A stretch of 64,000 nucleotides of DNA from Lysobacteraceae bacterium (GTDB lineage: Bacteria; Pseudomonadota; Gammaproteobacteria; Xanthomonadales; Xanthomonadaceae), in contig JAWLAV010000015.1 in assembly GCA_041395225.1 (NCBI GenBank), positions 2,892-66,891 on the forward strand. The letters run 5' to 3'. Both the position numbers and the translations under genes were made by a program. This document shows, one piece after another, positions 8,781 through 18,821 of the stretch; position 1 is the stretch's first letter; the number at the start of each line of letters is the position of its first letter. The notes under the pieces are model-generated. The model worked only from the letters and a program-made list of their open reading frames with translations, was not told the origin of the DNA and did no database searches.

Positions 8781-9169
8781 GTGTGAAGCTGCAAAACATC
8801 GGGCCGAAATCCGCCGCCTGGCTGCGGCAGGTGGGCATCCGTTCGCAGGAAGATCTGGTTGCCGCCGGTTCGGTCGAAGCCTTCCTGCGCTGCAAGCGCG
8901 CCGGTTTCCGGCCCAGCCTCAATATGCTGTATGCGCTGGAAGGCGCGCTGCTGGGCTGCCACTGGCAGAAGATTCCCGAAGAACGCCGCGCCACCTTGCA
9001 GGTGCAGGTGGAAGAGGGCGTGGCCAAAATCCCCGTCTCCCGCGGCCGCGCTGCGGCGCTGGCCGTTTCCGAAGTGCGCGACGTTTCCATGGACGATGCT
9101 GGCAGCGGCATGGAACACAGTTTCGGTTTCGATGATCCTTCGGTGGATTCCAGCCGCGAATCGGAATGA
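8777..9169 (+). CDS. TfoX/Sxy C-terminal-domain protein
   Basis: LQNIGPKSAAWLRQVGIRSQEDLVAAGSVEAFLRCKRAGFRPSLNMLYALEGALLGCHWQKIP matches the TfoX C-terminal (helix-hairpin-helix) domain pattern. The start forms an ATGA overlap with the msrC stop. Confidence 0.6.
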   Translation: MSVKLQNIGPKSAAWLRQVGIRSQEDLVAAGSVEAFLRCKRAGFRPSLNMLYALEGALLGCHWQKIPEERRATLQVQVEEGVAKIPVSRGRAAALAVSEVRDVSMDDAGSGMEHSFGFDDPSVDSSRESE

Positions 9170-9204
9170 GCGGGTTGGGGATCACGGGCAAGGCCCATCG
9201 CGGC

Positions 9205-9262
9205 CAAGGCCGCTCCCGCCAAAGCAGCATCGCTTTTCCGTGGGAGCGGCTTCAGCCGCGAT
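9205..9262. repeat. REP-type hairpin (GTGGGAGCGGCTTCAGCCGCGA class)
   Basis: AAGGCCGCTCCCGCC...GTGGGAGCGGCTTCAGCCGCGAT forms an imperfect inverted repeat between the convergent gene ends at 9169 and 9328. Confidence 0.5.
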
Positions 9263-9327
9263 AAGTGCGCGGTCAAGTGGGGAGTGATGGCAGGCCATGG
9301 TTTGACCGGCTCATGCGCCCACGAACA

Positions 9328-9999
9328 TCAAGGCCCGATCAGGGAAAAGTTGCGCGCCAGCAGCTCATCCTGCCCACGCCCCGTGCGCGCCAGCCGCGTG
9401 TGGCGTTCGCTGTCGCCTTTGTGCTCGTCGGCTTTCGCCACCAATGCGGCGGCGAAGTGAAGTGACGCATCGCCAGGACGCAGCGCCAATGCCTGTTCGA
9501 TGCGGGCATTGCCGTCACCGGATGCAAGCAGTTGGCGCAAACCTTTCGTATCGGCATGGTCGAAAGGTGGCCGGTCGTCGGCCTGCACGCGCACGATTTC
9601 CTGCAAGGTTTCGCGGAAGTAACCCGCGTCGAACAGGGCCAGCGCCTTCGCTTCCTCGCCTTGCGCCGCCTGTGTGGCTGCATCGAGCCGGGCAGCCAGA
9701 TCGCGCGCGATGGTGCCGTCGCCGCTGGCGTAGATCGCCGCACGACGCAGGGTTTCCATGCGCGCCACGACAGGCGTTTGTGGCGTCAACAGTGCCTGCG
9801 TATTTTCGCCGAGTGCGGCCAGGTCGTAATCGCGCAGCGGCTGGTTCCAGCCTTTGCCGTTGCCCCAATCCAGCGACGGCGCACCGGCGGTATCGAAGGG
9901 ATGGCACAGCAACGGCGGGCCCGCGAAGGCGGGCGCGGCGAACAGCAGTGCGGTGAGGGCGAGTGCGTGCCGAAAGGAAGTGCGTGTTTCGGTTTTCAT
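9328..9999 (-). CDS. Secreted hypothetical protein (last gene of the ECF sigma operon)
   Basis: Track ORF trimmed to ATG 9999 (MKTETRTSFRHALALTALLFAAPAFA, a signal peptide). It is co-oriented directly downstream of the sigma/anti-sigma pair. Confidence 0.55.
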   Translation of the reverse strand: MKTETRTSFRHALALTALLFAAPAFAGPPLLCHPFDTAGAPSLDWGNGKGWNQPLRDYDLAALGENTQALLTPQTPVVARMETLRRAAIYASGDGTIARDLAARLDAATQAAQGEEAKALALFDAGYFRETLQEIVRVQADDRPPFDHADTKGLRQLLASGDGNARIEQALALRPGDASLHFAAALVAKADEHKGDSERHTRLARTGRGQDELLARNFSLIGP

Positions 10000-10101
10000 C
10001 GGTGTGTCCTCCAGAGTGGGCCGCGCCGGGATCGGGCAGCCGCGCCACGAACGTGCGCGATGCAAGGAGGGTTGCAATGGCGCGAGTGTTAACTGCGTGG
10101 C

Positions 10102-11187
10102 TCAATGTGTTTCTTCGCGCAGCAGCGTTGCAGCATCTTCACGCGCACCGAAGGCATCAGGCCAATGCAGCCACCAGCGCTTCACGCGCGGATACGGCAG
10201 CGCATCCCACCACGGTGAAAGCGCCACCACACCGCGTTCGCGCCATGCCGCGCGGGTGACGTGCGCCGTGGCGGGCATCAGTTCGTTGAGGCGATCGAAC
10301 AACGGGCCATCGGTGAGTTGCGGCCTGGCCTGCAATAGCAACAGCAGGCTGATGGCATCCTGCGGTCGCGCGGTCGTCACCAAGGTGCGAATCGCCTCCT
10401 CGTTGTCATCCGCGCCTTGCGTATCGATCATTCGCAGCGCCGCGAGGAAGGCAGCATCCGCGCCAAGATCGTAAGGCGTGCCGGGCCGCCCGCCGCGGCC
10501 GAACTCGACCCGCGCGCCCTGCGGCACCAGCACTTCGCGGAAGGCGCTGTCGATCTGCACCCAGCCACTGCGCACCGTGAGCGCGCCGCTGCCATCCTGG
10601 CGCGCATCGAGCACGAACTCGCAGCCCAGATCGAATACGTCGCCTGCGGGTGTCGCCACGCCGAATGCGCCCGGCGGTGCCCAGAGCTTTGCCCACAGGC
10701 GGCCATGTTCCAGCACGGTGCGATGCTTGCCGCCGCCGGTCTGGCGCAGCGAGAAGCGCGAATCTTCGCCGATCACGATGTCCCCGATGCGTGCCACGCG
10801 CAGCCGTGCGGTGCCGTCGGGGCCGGTTTCGAGCACGGCATCTTGCGCGAGTTGTGCGTTCGCGTCGACAGCGCGGCCATCGATCCGCACGCCGCCTTCA
10901 ATTGCCGTGATCTGCCAGGGCTGCGCATCCGGCCATTGCAGGCGGTAGCGGAAACCGGCGTGCAGCCCGAATGCGATCAGCGCCAGCGTGGCGGCGATGG
11001 CCGCAAGGGTGCGCCAGCGGCGAGGTGGCCTGGCCATCGGAACAACCTTGCGCGGTGTCCAGGGCCGTTCGCGCCACGCCTGTGGCGCCAGCAGCCGTTC
11101 GAGCCGGGCGATGTCTTCATCGACCGGGCCACGATGGTTCCACAGGAAATCTTCGTGCGCGTCATCTTCGGGGTGAATGGGTGTCAT
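10102..11187 (-). CDS. FecR-family anti-sigma factor
   Basis: The ATGA overlap with the sigma gene stop, a single TM segment (TLAAIAATLALIAFGL) and a periplasmic FecR-like beta-rich domain support the call. Confidence 0.7.
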   Translation of the reverse strand: MTPIHPEDDAHEDFLWNHRGPVDEDIARLERLLAPQAWRERPWTPRKVVPMARPPRRWRTLAAIAATLALIAFGLHAGFRYRLQWPDAQPWQITAIEGGVRIDGRAVDANAQLAQDAVLETGPDGTARLRVARIGDIVIGEDSRFSLRQTGGGKHRTVLEHGRLWAKLWAPPGAFGVATPAGDVFDLGCEFVLDARQDGSGALTVRSGWVQIDSAFREVLVPQGARVEFGRGGRPGTPYDLGADAAFLAALRMIDTQGADDNEEAIRTLVTTARPQDAISLLLLLQARPQLTDGPLFDRLNELMPATAHVTRAAWRERGVVALSPWWDALPYPRVKRWWLHWPDAFGAREDAATLLREETH

Positions 11188-11720
11188 GTCCTGGTTCCTC
11201 GTGCGTGTTCGGCCAGCGCGGTGCGCAGCAGCGCCATGCCACGGTGCAGATTGACCCGCACGCTGCCGGCGGTGAGGCCGGTGCGTGCGGCGATTTCCGG
11301 GCCATCCAGGCCTTCCACCAGCCGCAATAGCAAGGTGTCGCGGTAAGCCTCCGGCAGTGCACGGATCGCCTGCAGGGCGCGTTCGGCTTCGATCCGGTCT
11401 TCAAGGTTGCCGGGCGCGGTGAGGGTGTCCGGTTCGGTGTCGTGCAGCGGCTTGAACCTGCGCTGCGCATCGGCGGCAGCGCGGCGCGCGATGGCGATGA
11501 TCCAGCCGGGAAACGCCGCGTCCTCGCGCAGTTCGGGCAGGCGCGTGAAGGCGGTTTCGAACACGTCCTGGGTCAGGTCGTCCGCATCGGCGCGCGATAC
11601 CCGCGCCAGCAGCAGGCCATGCACCACTGGCGCGAAACGGCGGTACAGCCGATCCAGCGCATCGCGGCTGCCCGCGCGCGCTGCGCCTACCCAACTCGAC
11701 AGGGGTTCCGCTGCGTCCAT
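11184..11720 (-). CDS. ECF (sigma-70 family) RNA polymerase sigma factor
   Basis: Region 2 (DADDLTQDVFETAF) and region 4 (LPEAYRDTLLLRLVEGLDGPEIAARTGLTAGSVRVNLHRG) patterns are present. The start was taken at ATG 11720. Confidence 0.85.
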   Translation of the reverse strand: MDAAEPLSSWVGAARAGSRDALDRLYRRFAPVVHGLLLARVSRADADDLTQDVFETAFTRLPELREDAAFPGWIIAIARRAAADAQRRFKPLHDTEPDTLTAPGNLEDRIEAERALQAIRALPEAYRDTLLLRLVEGLDGPEIAARTGLTAGSVRVNLHRGMALLRTALAEHARGTRT

Positions 11721-11779
11721 CCGATCTCCGCCCAAGGCCCATCCAGCATGACGTCGGCGCAGGGGCGAGCGTTAACAGG

Positions 11780-13531
11780 TCAAGGCGTTTCGCCGGTCTG
11801 CAATCGCCACAACGCCGCATACGCGCCATTGCTCGCCAACAACGCCTCGTGACTGCCGGATTCGATGATGCGCCCTGCCTCCAGCACATGGATCGCATCG
11901 GCATGGCGCACGGTCGAAAGCCGGTGTGCGACCACCAACGTAGTGCGCCCGCGCGCCGCGATGCGCAGCGCAGCCTGGATCGCGGCTTCGGTTTCGTTGT
12001 CCACGGCGGACGTGGCTTCGTCCAATACGAGGATGGCCGGGTCGCGGTACAGCGCGCGGGCGATGGCGATGCGTTGGCGTTGGCCACCGGAAAGCCGACT
12101 GCCGCGTTCGCCTGCGGCGCTGGAATAGTTTTCCGGCAATGCAGCAATGAAATCGTGTGCCTGCGCGGCGCGGGCGGCGGCTTCGATCTTCGCCAAGTCC
12201 GGCGACGGATCGCCGTAAGCGATGTTGTCCGCCAGCGTGCCGTCGGTGAGGAAGGGTTCCTGCGATACGTAACCGATGTGATGGCGAAGATTCGCCGGAT
12301 CGAGCGTGGCGATATCCACGCCGTCCACGCGCACCGCGCCACCGGCAGGCGGCACGAAGCCCATCAGCAGTTTCAGCAGCGAGCTCTTGCCGCCGCCGGT
12401 GCCGCCGACCAGCGCCACGGTGTGGCCGGCGGGCACGTGCAAATCCACGCCGTGCACCACGTCCCGATCCTCGTAGGCCACGCGCACCTGTGCGAACGCC
12501 ACTTCGCCGCGCACAGGTTCGGGCAAACGGCCCTGCGGGCGCGGCGGCAACGGCGTTTCGATCAAGTCCATCACGCGGTTCACCGAGGCCATCGCGCGCT
12601 GGTAGAGATCGGTCATGTCGGCCAGCCGCGTCAGCGGCCACAACAGGCGTTGCGTCAGGAATACGAGGGCCGAATAGGTGCCCACACCGATCTCCCCGTG
12701 CAACGCCTTCCAGCCGCCATAGGCGAGCGTGGCGATGAAACCGGCCAGCACGGCCATGCGGATCGTCGGCGTGATCGCGGCCGCGAAGCGGATGGCTTCG
12801 GCGTTGCGTGCGCGATAGCCATCGGACGCGGCGCGCACGTGTTCGGCCTCGAAGGCTTCGGCGGTGTAGGCCTGCACCGTGGCGATGCCGGAGAGGTTGT
12901 TGTTGAGCCGGTCGGACACCGTGGCCGCCGCCTCGCGTGCGGCGGCATAGCGCGGCGCAAGTTTCTTCTGGAACCAGAACGCGCCGACGAGGATCAGCGG
13001 GATCGGCAGGAAGGCCAGCGCCGCCAGATCGGCGGTGAGCACGAAGAACACGCCGCCCACCAGCAGCGAGGAGACGAACACCTGGATGAGATCGTTCGCG
13101 CCGGTGTTGAGGAAGCGCTCGACCTGGTGCACATCCTCGTTCAACACCGCCATCAACCGCCCGCTGCGCGCGGTGCTGACGAAATCCGGCGGCAGCGCCT
13201 GCACGTGCGAATACGCCGCCAGCCGCAGTTCGTGTTGCAGATCCTGCGCCAGCCTGCGCCACTTCACCGCGTAGAGGTACTCGAACAGCGATTCGCACAG
13301 CCACACGCCGATCGTGATCGCGGTGAGCCACAGCAACTGATGCCACGGATCGGCTACGCCCAGCCGCGCCATGAAGGAATCGCGCTGGTTCACCACGATA
13401 TCCACCGCCACGCCGATCAACGCCTCGGGCAGCACGTCGAACAGCTTGTTGAGCACGGAATAGGCGCTGGCCAGCAGCGCATCGCGGCGGTAGGGGCGGG
13501 CGTAGCCGAACAGGCGGCGGAGCGGGTGCAT
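11780..13531 (-). CDS. ABC exporter, fused permease/ATPase (MsbA-like)
   Basis: Trimmed to ATG 13531 (MHPLRRLFGYARPYRRD...). It has a six-TM N-terminal domain, Walker A GGTGGGKSS, signature LSGGQRQR and Walker B ILVLDEATS. Confidence 0.9.
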   Translation of the reverse strand: MHPLRRLFGYARPYRRDALLASAYSVLNKLFDVLPEALIGVAVDIVVNQRDSFMARLGVADPWHQLLWLTAITIGVWLCESLFEYLYAVKWRRLAQDLQHELRLAAYSHVQALPPDFVSTARSGRLMAVLNEDVHQVERFLNTGANDLIQVFVSSLLVGGVFFVLTADLAALAFLPIPLILVGAFWFQKKLAPRYAAAREAAATVSDRLNNNLSGIATVQAYTAEAFEAEHVRAASDGYRARNAEAIRFAAAITPTIRMAVLAGFIATLAYGGWKALHGEIGVGTYSALVFLTQRLLWPLTRLADMTDLYQRAMASVNRVMDLIETPLPPRPQGRLPEPVRGEVAFAQVRVAYEDRDVVHGVDLHVPAGHTVALVGGTGGGKSSLLKLLMGFVPPAGGAVRVDGVDIATLDPANLRHHIGYVSQEPFLTDGTLADNIAYGDPSPDLAKIEAAARAAQAHDFIAALPENYSSAAGERGSRLSGGQRQRIAIARALYRDPAILVLDEATSAVDNETEAAIQAALRIAARGRTTLVVAHRLSTVRHADAIHVLEAGRIIESGSHEALLASNGAYAALWRLQTGETP

Positions 13532-13722
13532 GGCGTGGTTGCGATGGACGGGGCGCGGAGTGTCGCATGGGGGCGCTGGGAATTTTCCTACCCGATGTTG
13601 TGGCATTCGCCGATGCCGGAGATGGGGCGCGATCCGGAGACTGTGTTTCACCGGCGGCGGTGATGCCGAACCGGGAAACACTCATCAACCATCGCTCATC
13701 GCTCACTCAAAGGAATACCGCC

Positions 13723-14010
13723 ATGCACAAGATCATCTTCGTCCTGCGCACCATGCTGCTCTCCCTCGCCTTCTGCGCCAGCGCCTTTGCCGCGGGCAAG
13801 GTCAACATCAACACTGCCGATGCGACCACGCTGGCCGCTGGCCTGAACGGCATCGGCCCGGCCAAGGCTGTGGCCATCGTGGAGTACCGCAAGGCCAATG
13901 GGCCGTTCAAGAGCGCGGATCAACTGGCCAGCGTCAAGGGCATCGGCCTTGCGACGGTGGAGAAGAACCGCGAAACGATCGAAGTTTCCGCACCGACCAA
14001 GGCGCAGTAA
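13723..14010 (+). CDS. comEA: ComEA-family helix-hairpin-helix DNA-binding protein
   Basis: Trimmed to ATG 13723. Signal peptide followed by KVNINTADATTLAAGLNGIGPAKAVAIVEYRKANGPFKSADQLASVKGIGLATVEKN. Confidence 0.8.
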   Translation: MHKIIFVLRTMLLSLAFCASAFAAGKVNINTADATTLAAGLNGIGPAKAVAIVEYRKANGPFKSADQLASVKGIGLATVEKNRETIEVSAPTKAQ

Positions 14011-14030
14011 GTCGCGCTGCACGCATCGCC

Positions 14031-14075
14031 GGAAAAAGGCGAGGCCCAAGTCCATGACTCGGGCCTCGTCATTTC
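14031..14075. terminator. Bidirectional hairpin between comEA and aceE
   Basis: An 8-bp stem CGAGGCCC/GGGCCTCG (14040-14047 / 14061-14068). On the minus strand it is followed by CCTTTTTCC, so it serves aceE. The T run on the plus strand is weaker. Confidence 0.5.
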
Positions 14076-14132
14076 CAGGCCACGACCACAGCGCAACGTC
14101 AGGCCGTGGTCAGCGCGGACGCAAGCTTTCGA

Positions 14133-16826
14133 TCACGTCAATGCCGGATCCACCTTTTCCGGATCGATGCCGAAGGTCTTGATCGCCCGTGCCACATCCT
14201 TCGCATTCATCTTGCCTTCGGCGGCGAGTGCGGAAATCGCGGCTTGGGCGATGTGGTAGCGATCCACTTCGAAGAAGCGGCGCAGGTTGGCGCGGGTATC
14301 GGAGCGGCCGAAGCCATCGGTGCCGAGCACGGTGTAACGCTGCGGAACGAAGGCGCGGATCTGATCGGCGAAGGTGCGCACGTAGTCGGTGGCGGCGATC
14401 GCAGGGCCGGCGCGGCCTTCGAGCAGTTGCGTGACGTAAGGCTTCTTCTGGGCCTTGGCTTCCGGGTGCAGGCGATTCCAGCGCTCGGCTTCGAAGCCGT
14501 CGCGACGCAGTTCAGTGAAGCTGGGGCAGCTCCAGATGTCGGCGGCGACGCCGAACTCCTTTTCCAGCAGTTCCGCCGCGGCGATCACTTCGCGCAGGAT
14601 GGTGCCCGAACCGAGCAGTTGCACGCGCAGTTCGCCCTTCTTCGGCTTGCCGCCATCGCGCAACAGATACATCCCCTTCACGATGCCTTCCGCCGAACCT
14701 TCCGGCATGTCCGGATGGGCGTAGTTCTCGTTCATCAGGGTGATGTAGTAGTACTCGTCGATCTGTTCGGTGAGCATCCGCTTCATGCCGTATTGCAGGA
14801 TCACGGCCACTTCGAAACCGAAGCTGGGATCGTAGGCGCGGCAGTTGGGAATCGCACCGGCCAGCAGGTGCGAATGGCCATCCTCGTGCTGCAAGCCTTC
14901 GCCGTTGAGCGTGGTGCGGCCCGCGGTGGCACCGAGCAGGAAGCCGCGCGCGCGCATGTCCGCCGCCTGCCACGCGGCATCGCCGATGCGCTGGAAGCCG
15001 AACATGGAGTAGTAGATGTAGAACGGCAGCAGCGGCAGATCGTTGTTGCTGTAGCTGGTCGCGCAGGCCATCCACGAGGCGAACGCACCGGCTTCGGTGA
15101 TGCCTTCTTCCAGCACTTGCCCGGCCTGATCTTCGCGGTAGTACATCAGTTGATCCGCATCGACCGGCTTGTACTTCTGCCCGGAGGAGGCGTAGATGCC
15201 GATCTGGCGGAACAAGCCTTCCATGCCGAACGTGCGGGCCTCGTCCGCGACGATGGGCACCACGCGCGGGCCGATCTGCTTGTCGCGCAGGATGATGTTG
15301 AGTGCCTGCACGAAGGCCATCGTGGTGCTGATCTCGCGCTCGCCGGTGCTCTTGAGCAGACGGTCGAACGTGGTCAGTTCCGGCACCGCGAAGGATTGCG
15401 TGGCGCGGCGGCGGCGTTGCGGCAGGTAGCCGCCGAGTGCGGTACGACGGGCCTTGATGTACTGGATTTCCGGCGAATCCTCGCCGGGGTGGTAGAACGG
15501 CACTTTGCCGTCGGCCAGTTGCGCATCGGTGACGGGAATGTTGAAGCGGTCGCGGAAGGCGCGCACCGCGTCGTTGTCCAGCTTCTTGGTCTGGTGCGTG
15601 GGGTTCAGCGATTCGCCCGCCGCGCCCATGCCGTAGCCCTTCACCGTCTTGGCGAGGATCACGGTCGGCATGTTCTTCGTGTTCACTGCGGCGTGATAGG
15701 CCGCATACACCTTGTGCGGATCGTGGCCACCACGGTTCAGGCGCCAGATGTCCTCGTCGGAAAGGTTCGCCACCATTTCCGCCGTTTCCGGTGTCTTGCC
15801 GAAGAAGTTCTTGCGCGTGTACGCGCCACCGAAGGCTTTGCAGTTCTGGTATTCGCCATCGACGGTTTCCATCATCACCCGGCGCAGCGCGCCTTGGGTG
15901 TCGCGCGCCAGCAGCGGATCCCAATAGCTGCCCCAGACCACCTTGATGACATTCCAGCCTGCACCGCGGAACACGCCTTCCAGTTCCTGGATGATCTTGC
16001 CGTTGCCGCGCACCGGGCCATCGAGGCGTTGCAGGTTGCAGTTCACCACGAAGATCAGGTTGTCCAGGTTCTCGCGCCCGGCCAGCGAGATCGCGCCGAG
16101 GGATTCGGGCTCATCACACTCGCCATCGCCCATGAAGCACCAGATCTTGCGGTCGCTGGCTTTCAGCAGGCCGCGATGTTCCAGATACTTGCTGTTGCGC
16201 GCTTGGTAGATCGCGGAAATCGGCCCCAGGCCCATCGAAACGGTGGGTACCTGCCAGAAATCGGGCATCAGCCACGGGTGTGGATAGGAGGAAATGCCCT
16301 TGCCATCCACTTCCATGCGGAAGTTGTCGATCTGCGCTTCGGTGAGGCGGCCTTCGAGGAAGGCGCGGGCGTAGATGCCGGGGCTGGAATGGCCCTGCAC
16401 GCAGAGGATGTCGCCGGGGTGGTCGCCATGCGGGGCGCGCCAGAAATGGTTGAAACCCACGTCGTAGAGCGTGGCCGAGGATGCGAACGACGCGATGTGG
16501 CCGCCCAGATCGCCTGGCTTGCGGTTGGCGCGCACCACCATGGCCATCGCGTTCCAGCGCAGGATGGAACGGATGCGCCATTCCAGCGCGTTGTCACCGG
16601 GGCTTTTGGCTTCGCGCCACGGCGGAATGGTGTTGATGTAATCCGTGGTCGGGGAGAACGGCAGTTGCGCACCGGCGCGACGGGCGAGCGATGCCATCTG
16701 TTCCAGTAGGAAGTGGCCGCGTTCGGGGCCATCACTGCGCAATACCGCGCGCATCGCATCCATCCATTCGCGCGATTCGGTGGGATCGATGTCCTGGTTC
16801 AGTACGTCTTGCATCAGCGCGTTCAT
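14133..16826 (-). CDS. aceE: Pyruvate dehydrogenase E1 component
   Basis: An 897-aa protein collinear with homodimeric-type AceE (MNALMQDVLNQDIDPTESREWMDA..., with thiamine-diphosphate and transketolase-like regions). Confidence 0.95.
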   Translation of the reverse strand: MNALMQDVLNQDIDPTESREWMDAMRAVLRSDGPERGHFLLEQMASLARRAGAQLPFSPTTDYINTIPPWREAKSPGDNALEWRIRSILRWNAMAMVVRANRKPGDLGGHIASFASSATLYDVGFNHFWRAPHGDHPGDILCVQGHSSPGIYARAFLEGRLTEAQIDNFRMEVDGKGISSYPHPWLMPDFWQVPTVSMGLGPISAIYQARNSKYLEHRGLLKASDRKIWCFMGDGECDEPESLGAISLAGRENLDNLIFVVNCNLQRLDGPVRGNGKIIQELEGVFRGAGWNVIKVVWGSYWDPLLARDTQGALRRVMMETVDGEYQNCKAFGGAYTRKNFFGKTPETAEMVANLSDEDIWRLNRGGHDPHKVYAAYHAAVNTKNMPTVILAKTVKGYGMGAAGESLNPTHQTKKLDNDAVRAFRDRFNIPVTDAQLADGKVPFYHPGEDSPEIQYIKARRTALGGYLPQRRRRATQSFAVPELTTFDRLLKSTGEREISTTMAFVQALNIILRDKQIGPRVVPIVADEARTFGMEGLFRQIGIYASSGQKYKPVDADQLMYYREDQAGQVLEEGITEAGAFASWMACATSYSNNDLPLLPFYIYYSMFGFQRIGDAAWQAADMRARGFLLGATAGRTTLNGEGLQHEDGHSHLLAGAIPNCRAYDPSFGFEVAVILQYGMKRMLTEQIDEYYYITLMNENYAHPDMPEGSAEGIVKGMYLLRDGGKPKKGELRVQLLGSGTILREVIAAAELLEKEFGVAADIWSCPSFTELRRDGFEAERWNRLHPEAKAQKKPYVTQLLEGRAGPAIAATDYVRTFADQIRAFVPQRYTVLGTDGFGRSDTRANLRRFFEVDRYHIAQAAISALAAEGKMNAKDVARAIKTFGIDPEKVDPALT

Positions 16827-16962
16827 GGGGTCTCCGAACGGAAAGCGACAATTTTTGGATTCTGGGAGCAGAGGATTCTAGCAGCGCACCCCGTTCGACT
16901 TTTTGCGGTTGCGTCATGGTGGGTGCGGGAACCATCGCCGGGAGCTTTTGTCGATTGCGCCC

Positions 16963-18078
16963 ATGGTTTCCTCATCTTTCGACCCTTGGCGCGCGCAATT
17001 CCGGTTGGAATGGCGCAACCGCTTCGCACGCTGGCGGGATACACCGGGCGAAAGCGCGTTTCATGCAGGCATCTGGTTGGCGCTGGCGGCGTTGCTGGCG
17101 TGGCTTGCCGCTTCTGCATGGCAACGCAAGGAGATGGCCGAGGCCCTTGGTGCGGCAGTGTTGCGCTGGCCTGCGGCCACGTTGGCGATGCTGCTGGCCG
17201 TGATGACGATGGCGCAATCGCGACGCTTGGGCGTGCTGCGCGAAGTTGCCGTGCATGGCTGGCTGCACGCGCAGCCGGTGGCCGAACGCGTGTTCGCATG
17301 GCGACGGTTTCGTGCGTCGGTTGTTGGCTGCGTGGTGCAGTGTTTGAGCGCTGCCGTGTTGCTGGAGTGGTTGCGGTTGCCTTCGGCGGCGTGGCTTGCG
17401 GTGATGTTGGTGAGCCTTGCGGCGGCAATGCTGGCCGCAGTGCTGGAAGCTAGGGCATCGGCGCGTGGCATGGGAAAGGCCGGAAGCAAACCCATGCTGC
17501 GTTCGCGTCTGGTGGATGCCGGTGCGGGCAGCCTGTGGCGCTGGCAGAAGATCGAAGCGTCGCTGGCGCTGCATGGGCGCAATTTGGCACCGGGGTTGTT
17601 CGTGTTGCTGCTGATTCCGATGGGAGCAGGCATGCTGGTGGTTGCTGCCAGCCTCATCGTGGCCTTGACGATGGTCGTTGCGGCAACGGCATGGCAACGA
17701 ATGCTGGCGGTGTTTCCTGCCGCGCAACGATGGCTCGGTACGCAGCCGATGCACTGGCGCGATTTGATGCGCGATGGCGTGCCTTTGCCGTTGGTGCTGC
17801 TCGTCGTTGCCAGCACCGCGGCGGGCGGGTTGCTGTTCGTGCCTGGAATGCGGTCACTGTCTGCAATGACATTCACCGCGTTGCTGTTCGCTTGCGGCGT
17901 GCTGCATTTGCTGGTGAACCTTGCCGAACGCGCCCGACCTTCGCGCATCCCGCTCACGACCACACTGCATCTGGTGCTGCTGCTTTGCATCCTGCAAACC
18001 CTGCCGCCCGCAGCACCGATCTTCTGGCTGATTCAAACGATCTGGCTATTGCGCCGATCCATGGAACCCAAACGATGA
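16963..18078 (+). CDS. Polytopic membrane protein, putative permease partner of the downstream ABC ATPase
   Basis: Trimmed to ATG 16963. It has many hydrophobic segments and an ATGA overlap with the next gene at 18075-18078. I recognised no family motif. Confidence 0.5.
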   Translation: MVSSSFDPWRAQFRLEWRNRFARWRDTPGESAFHAGIWLALAALLAWLAASAWQRKEMAEALGAAVLRWPAATLAMLLAVMTMAQSRRLGVLREVAVHGWLHAQPVAERVFAWRRFRASVVGCVVQCLSAAVLLEWLRLPSAAWLAVMLVSLAAAMLAAVLEARASARGMGKAGSKPMLRSRLVDAGAGSLWRWQKIEASLALHGRNLAPGLFVLLLIPMGAGMLVVAASLIVALTMVVAATAWQRMLAVFPAAQRWLGTQPMHWRDLMRDGVPLPLVLLVVASTAAGGLLFVPGMRSLSAMTFTALLFACGVLHLLVNLAERARPSRIPLTTTLHLVLLLCILQTLPPAAPIFWLIQTIWLLRRSMEPKR

Positions 18079-18809
18079 CTGCGCGATTGCGTCTTTCCGG
18101 CCTGCGCCTTTCCTTCGGCGAGCGCGACATCCTGCGCGGCATCGATCTGGAACTTCATCCGGGCGAACTCACCGGCCTGATCGGCCCGAACGGTTCGGGC
18201 AAGAGCAGCCTGATGCGCGCTTGCGCAGGGCTTCTGGATAGCGCGGGCGAATTGCGCATCGAAGGGTTCGATCCACGCCGTGAACCGATGGCGGCCCGGC
18301 AGGTGTTCGGCTACGCGATGGAACCCGAACGACTGCCCGGCACGCTGCGCGGACGCCAGTGCATCGAACTCATCGCCCGCACGCGGCAATTGGATGGCGA
18401 TGCCGTGGCACGTTCCATCGAACTGGCGCAGCGCCTGGGCCTTGGCCCGTGGCTGGAACGGGAAACGGCGGACTACTCGCTGGGAACGCGCCAGAAACTG
18501 GCCATCGTGCTGGCGCTGATGGGTGAGCCGCCGTTGTTGCTGCTGGATGAAGTGCTCAACGGTCTGGACCCGCTCTCCGCCTTCGCGTTGAAGGAAGAAC
18601 TGCGTCATCGCGCCGATGCAGGTGCCAGTGTGTTGCTCGCCACGCATGGGTTGGAAGTGGCCGAACGCTTCCTCGGCCGCGCCGTGCTGCTGCTCGATGG
18701 CCGCATCGCGGCGGATTGGAACCGCGAAGAACTCGCAAGGCTGCGCGAGCGTGGCGGCGGGTTGGAAGCAGCGGTGGTGGAGCGTTTGCGGAAGGCGCAG
18801 ACGGCGTGA
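18075..18809 (+). CDS. ABC transporter ATP-binding protein (ABC-2 type)
   Basis: Start ATG 18075 inside track ORF 17535..18809. Walker A GPNGSGKSS, signature-like YSLGTRQKL and Walker B LLLLDEVLNGLD are present. Confidence 0.85.
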   Translation: MTARLRLSGLRLSFGERDILRGIDLELHPGELTGLIGPNGSGKSSLMRACAGLLDSAGELRIEGFDPRREPMAARQVFGYAMEPERLPGTLRGRQCIELIARTRQLDGDAVARSIELAQRLGLGPWLERETADYSLGTRQKLAIVLALMGEPPLLLLDEVLNGLDPLSAFALKEELRHRADAGASVLLATHGLEVAERFLGRAVLLLDGRIAADWNREELARLRERGGGLEAAVVERLRKAQTA

Positions 18810-18821
18810 ACGATGTCCGGC

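Noticed and set aside
14106-16709. An 867-aa plus-strand ORF opposite aceE. Similar long antisense or out-of-frame ORFs include 5418..6779, 11849..13663, 11772..13706, 32682..34718, 40727..42160, 43237..44970, 46992..48416, 55756..57660 and 38130..39557.
   Set aside because: Each lies antisense or out of frame to a gene with clear family motifs. Their translations are Arg/Ala/Gly/His-rich low-complexity strings with no recognisable domains. This is the usual stop-codon-poor artefact of ~70% G+C DNA.
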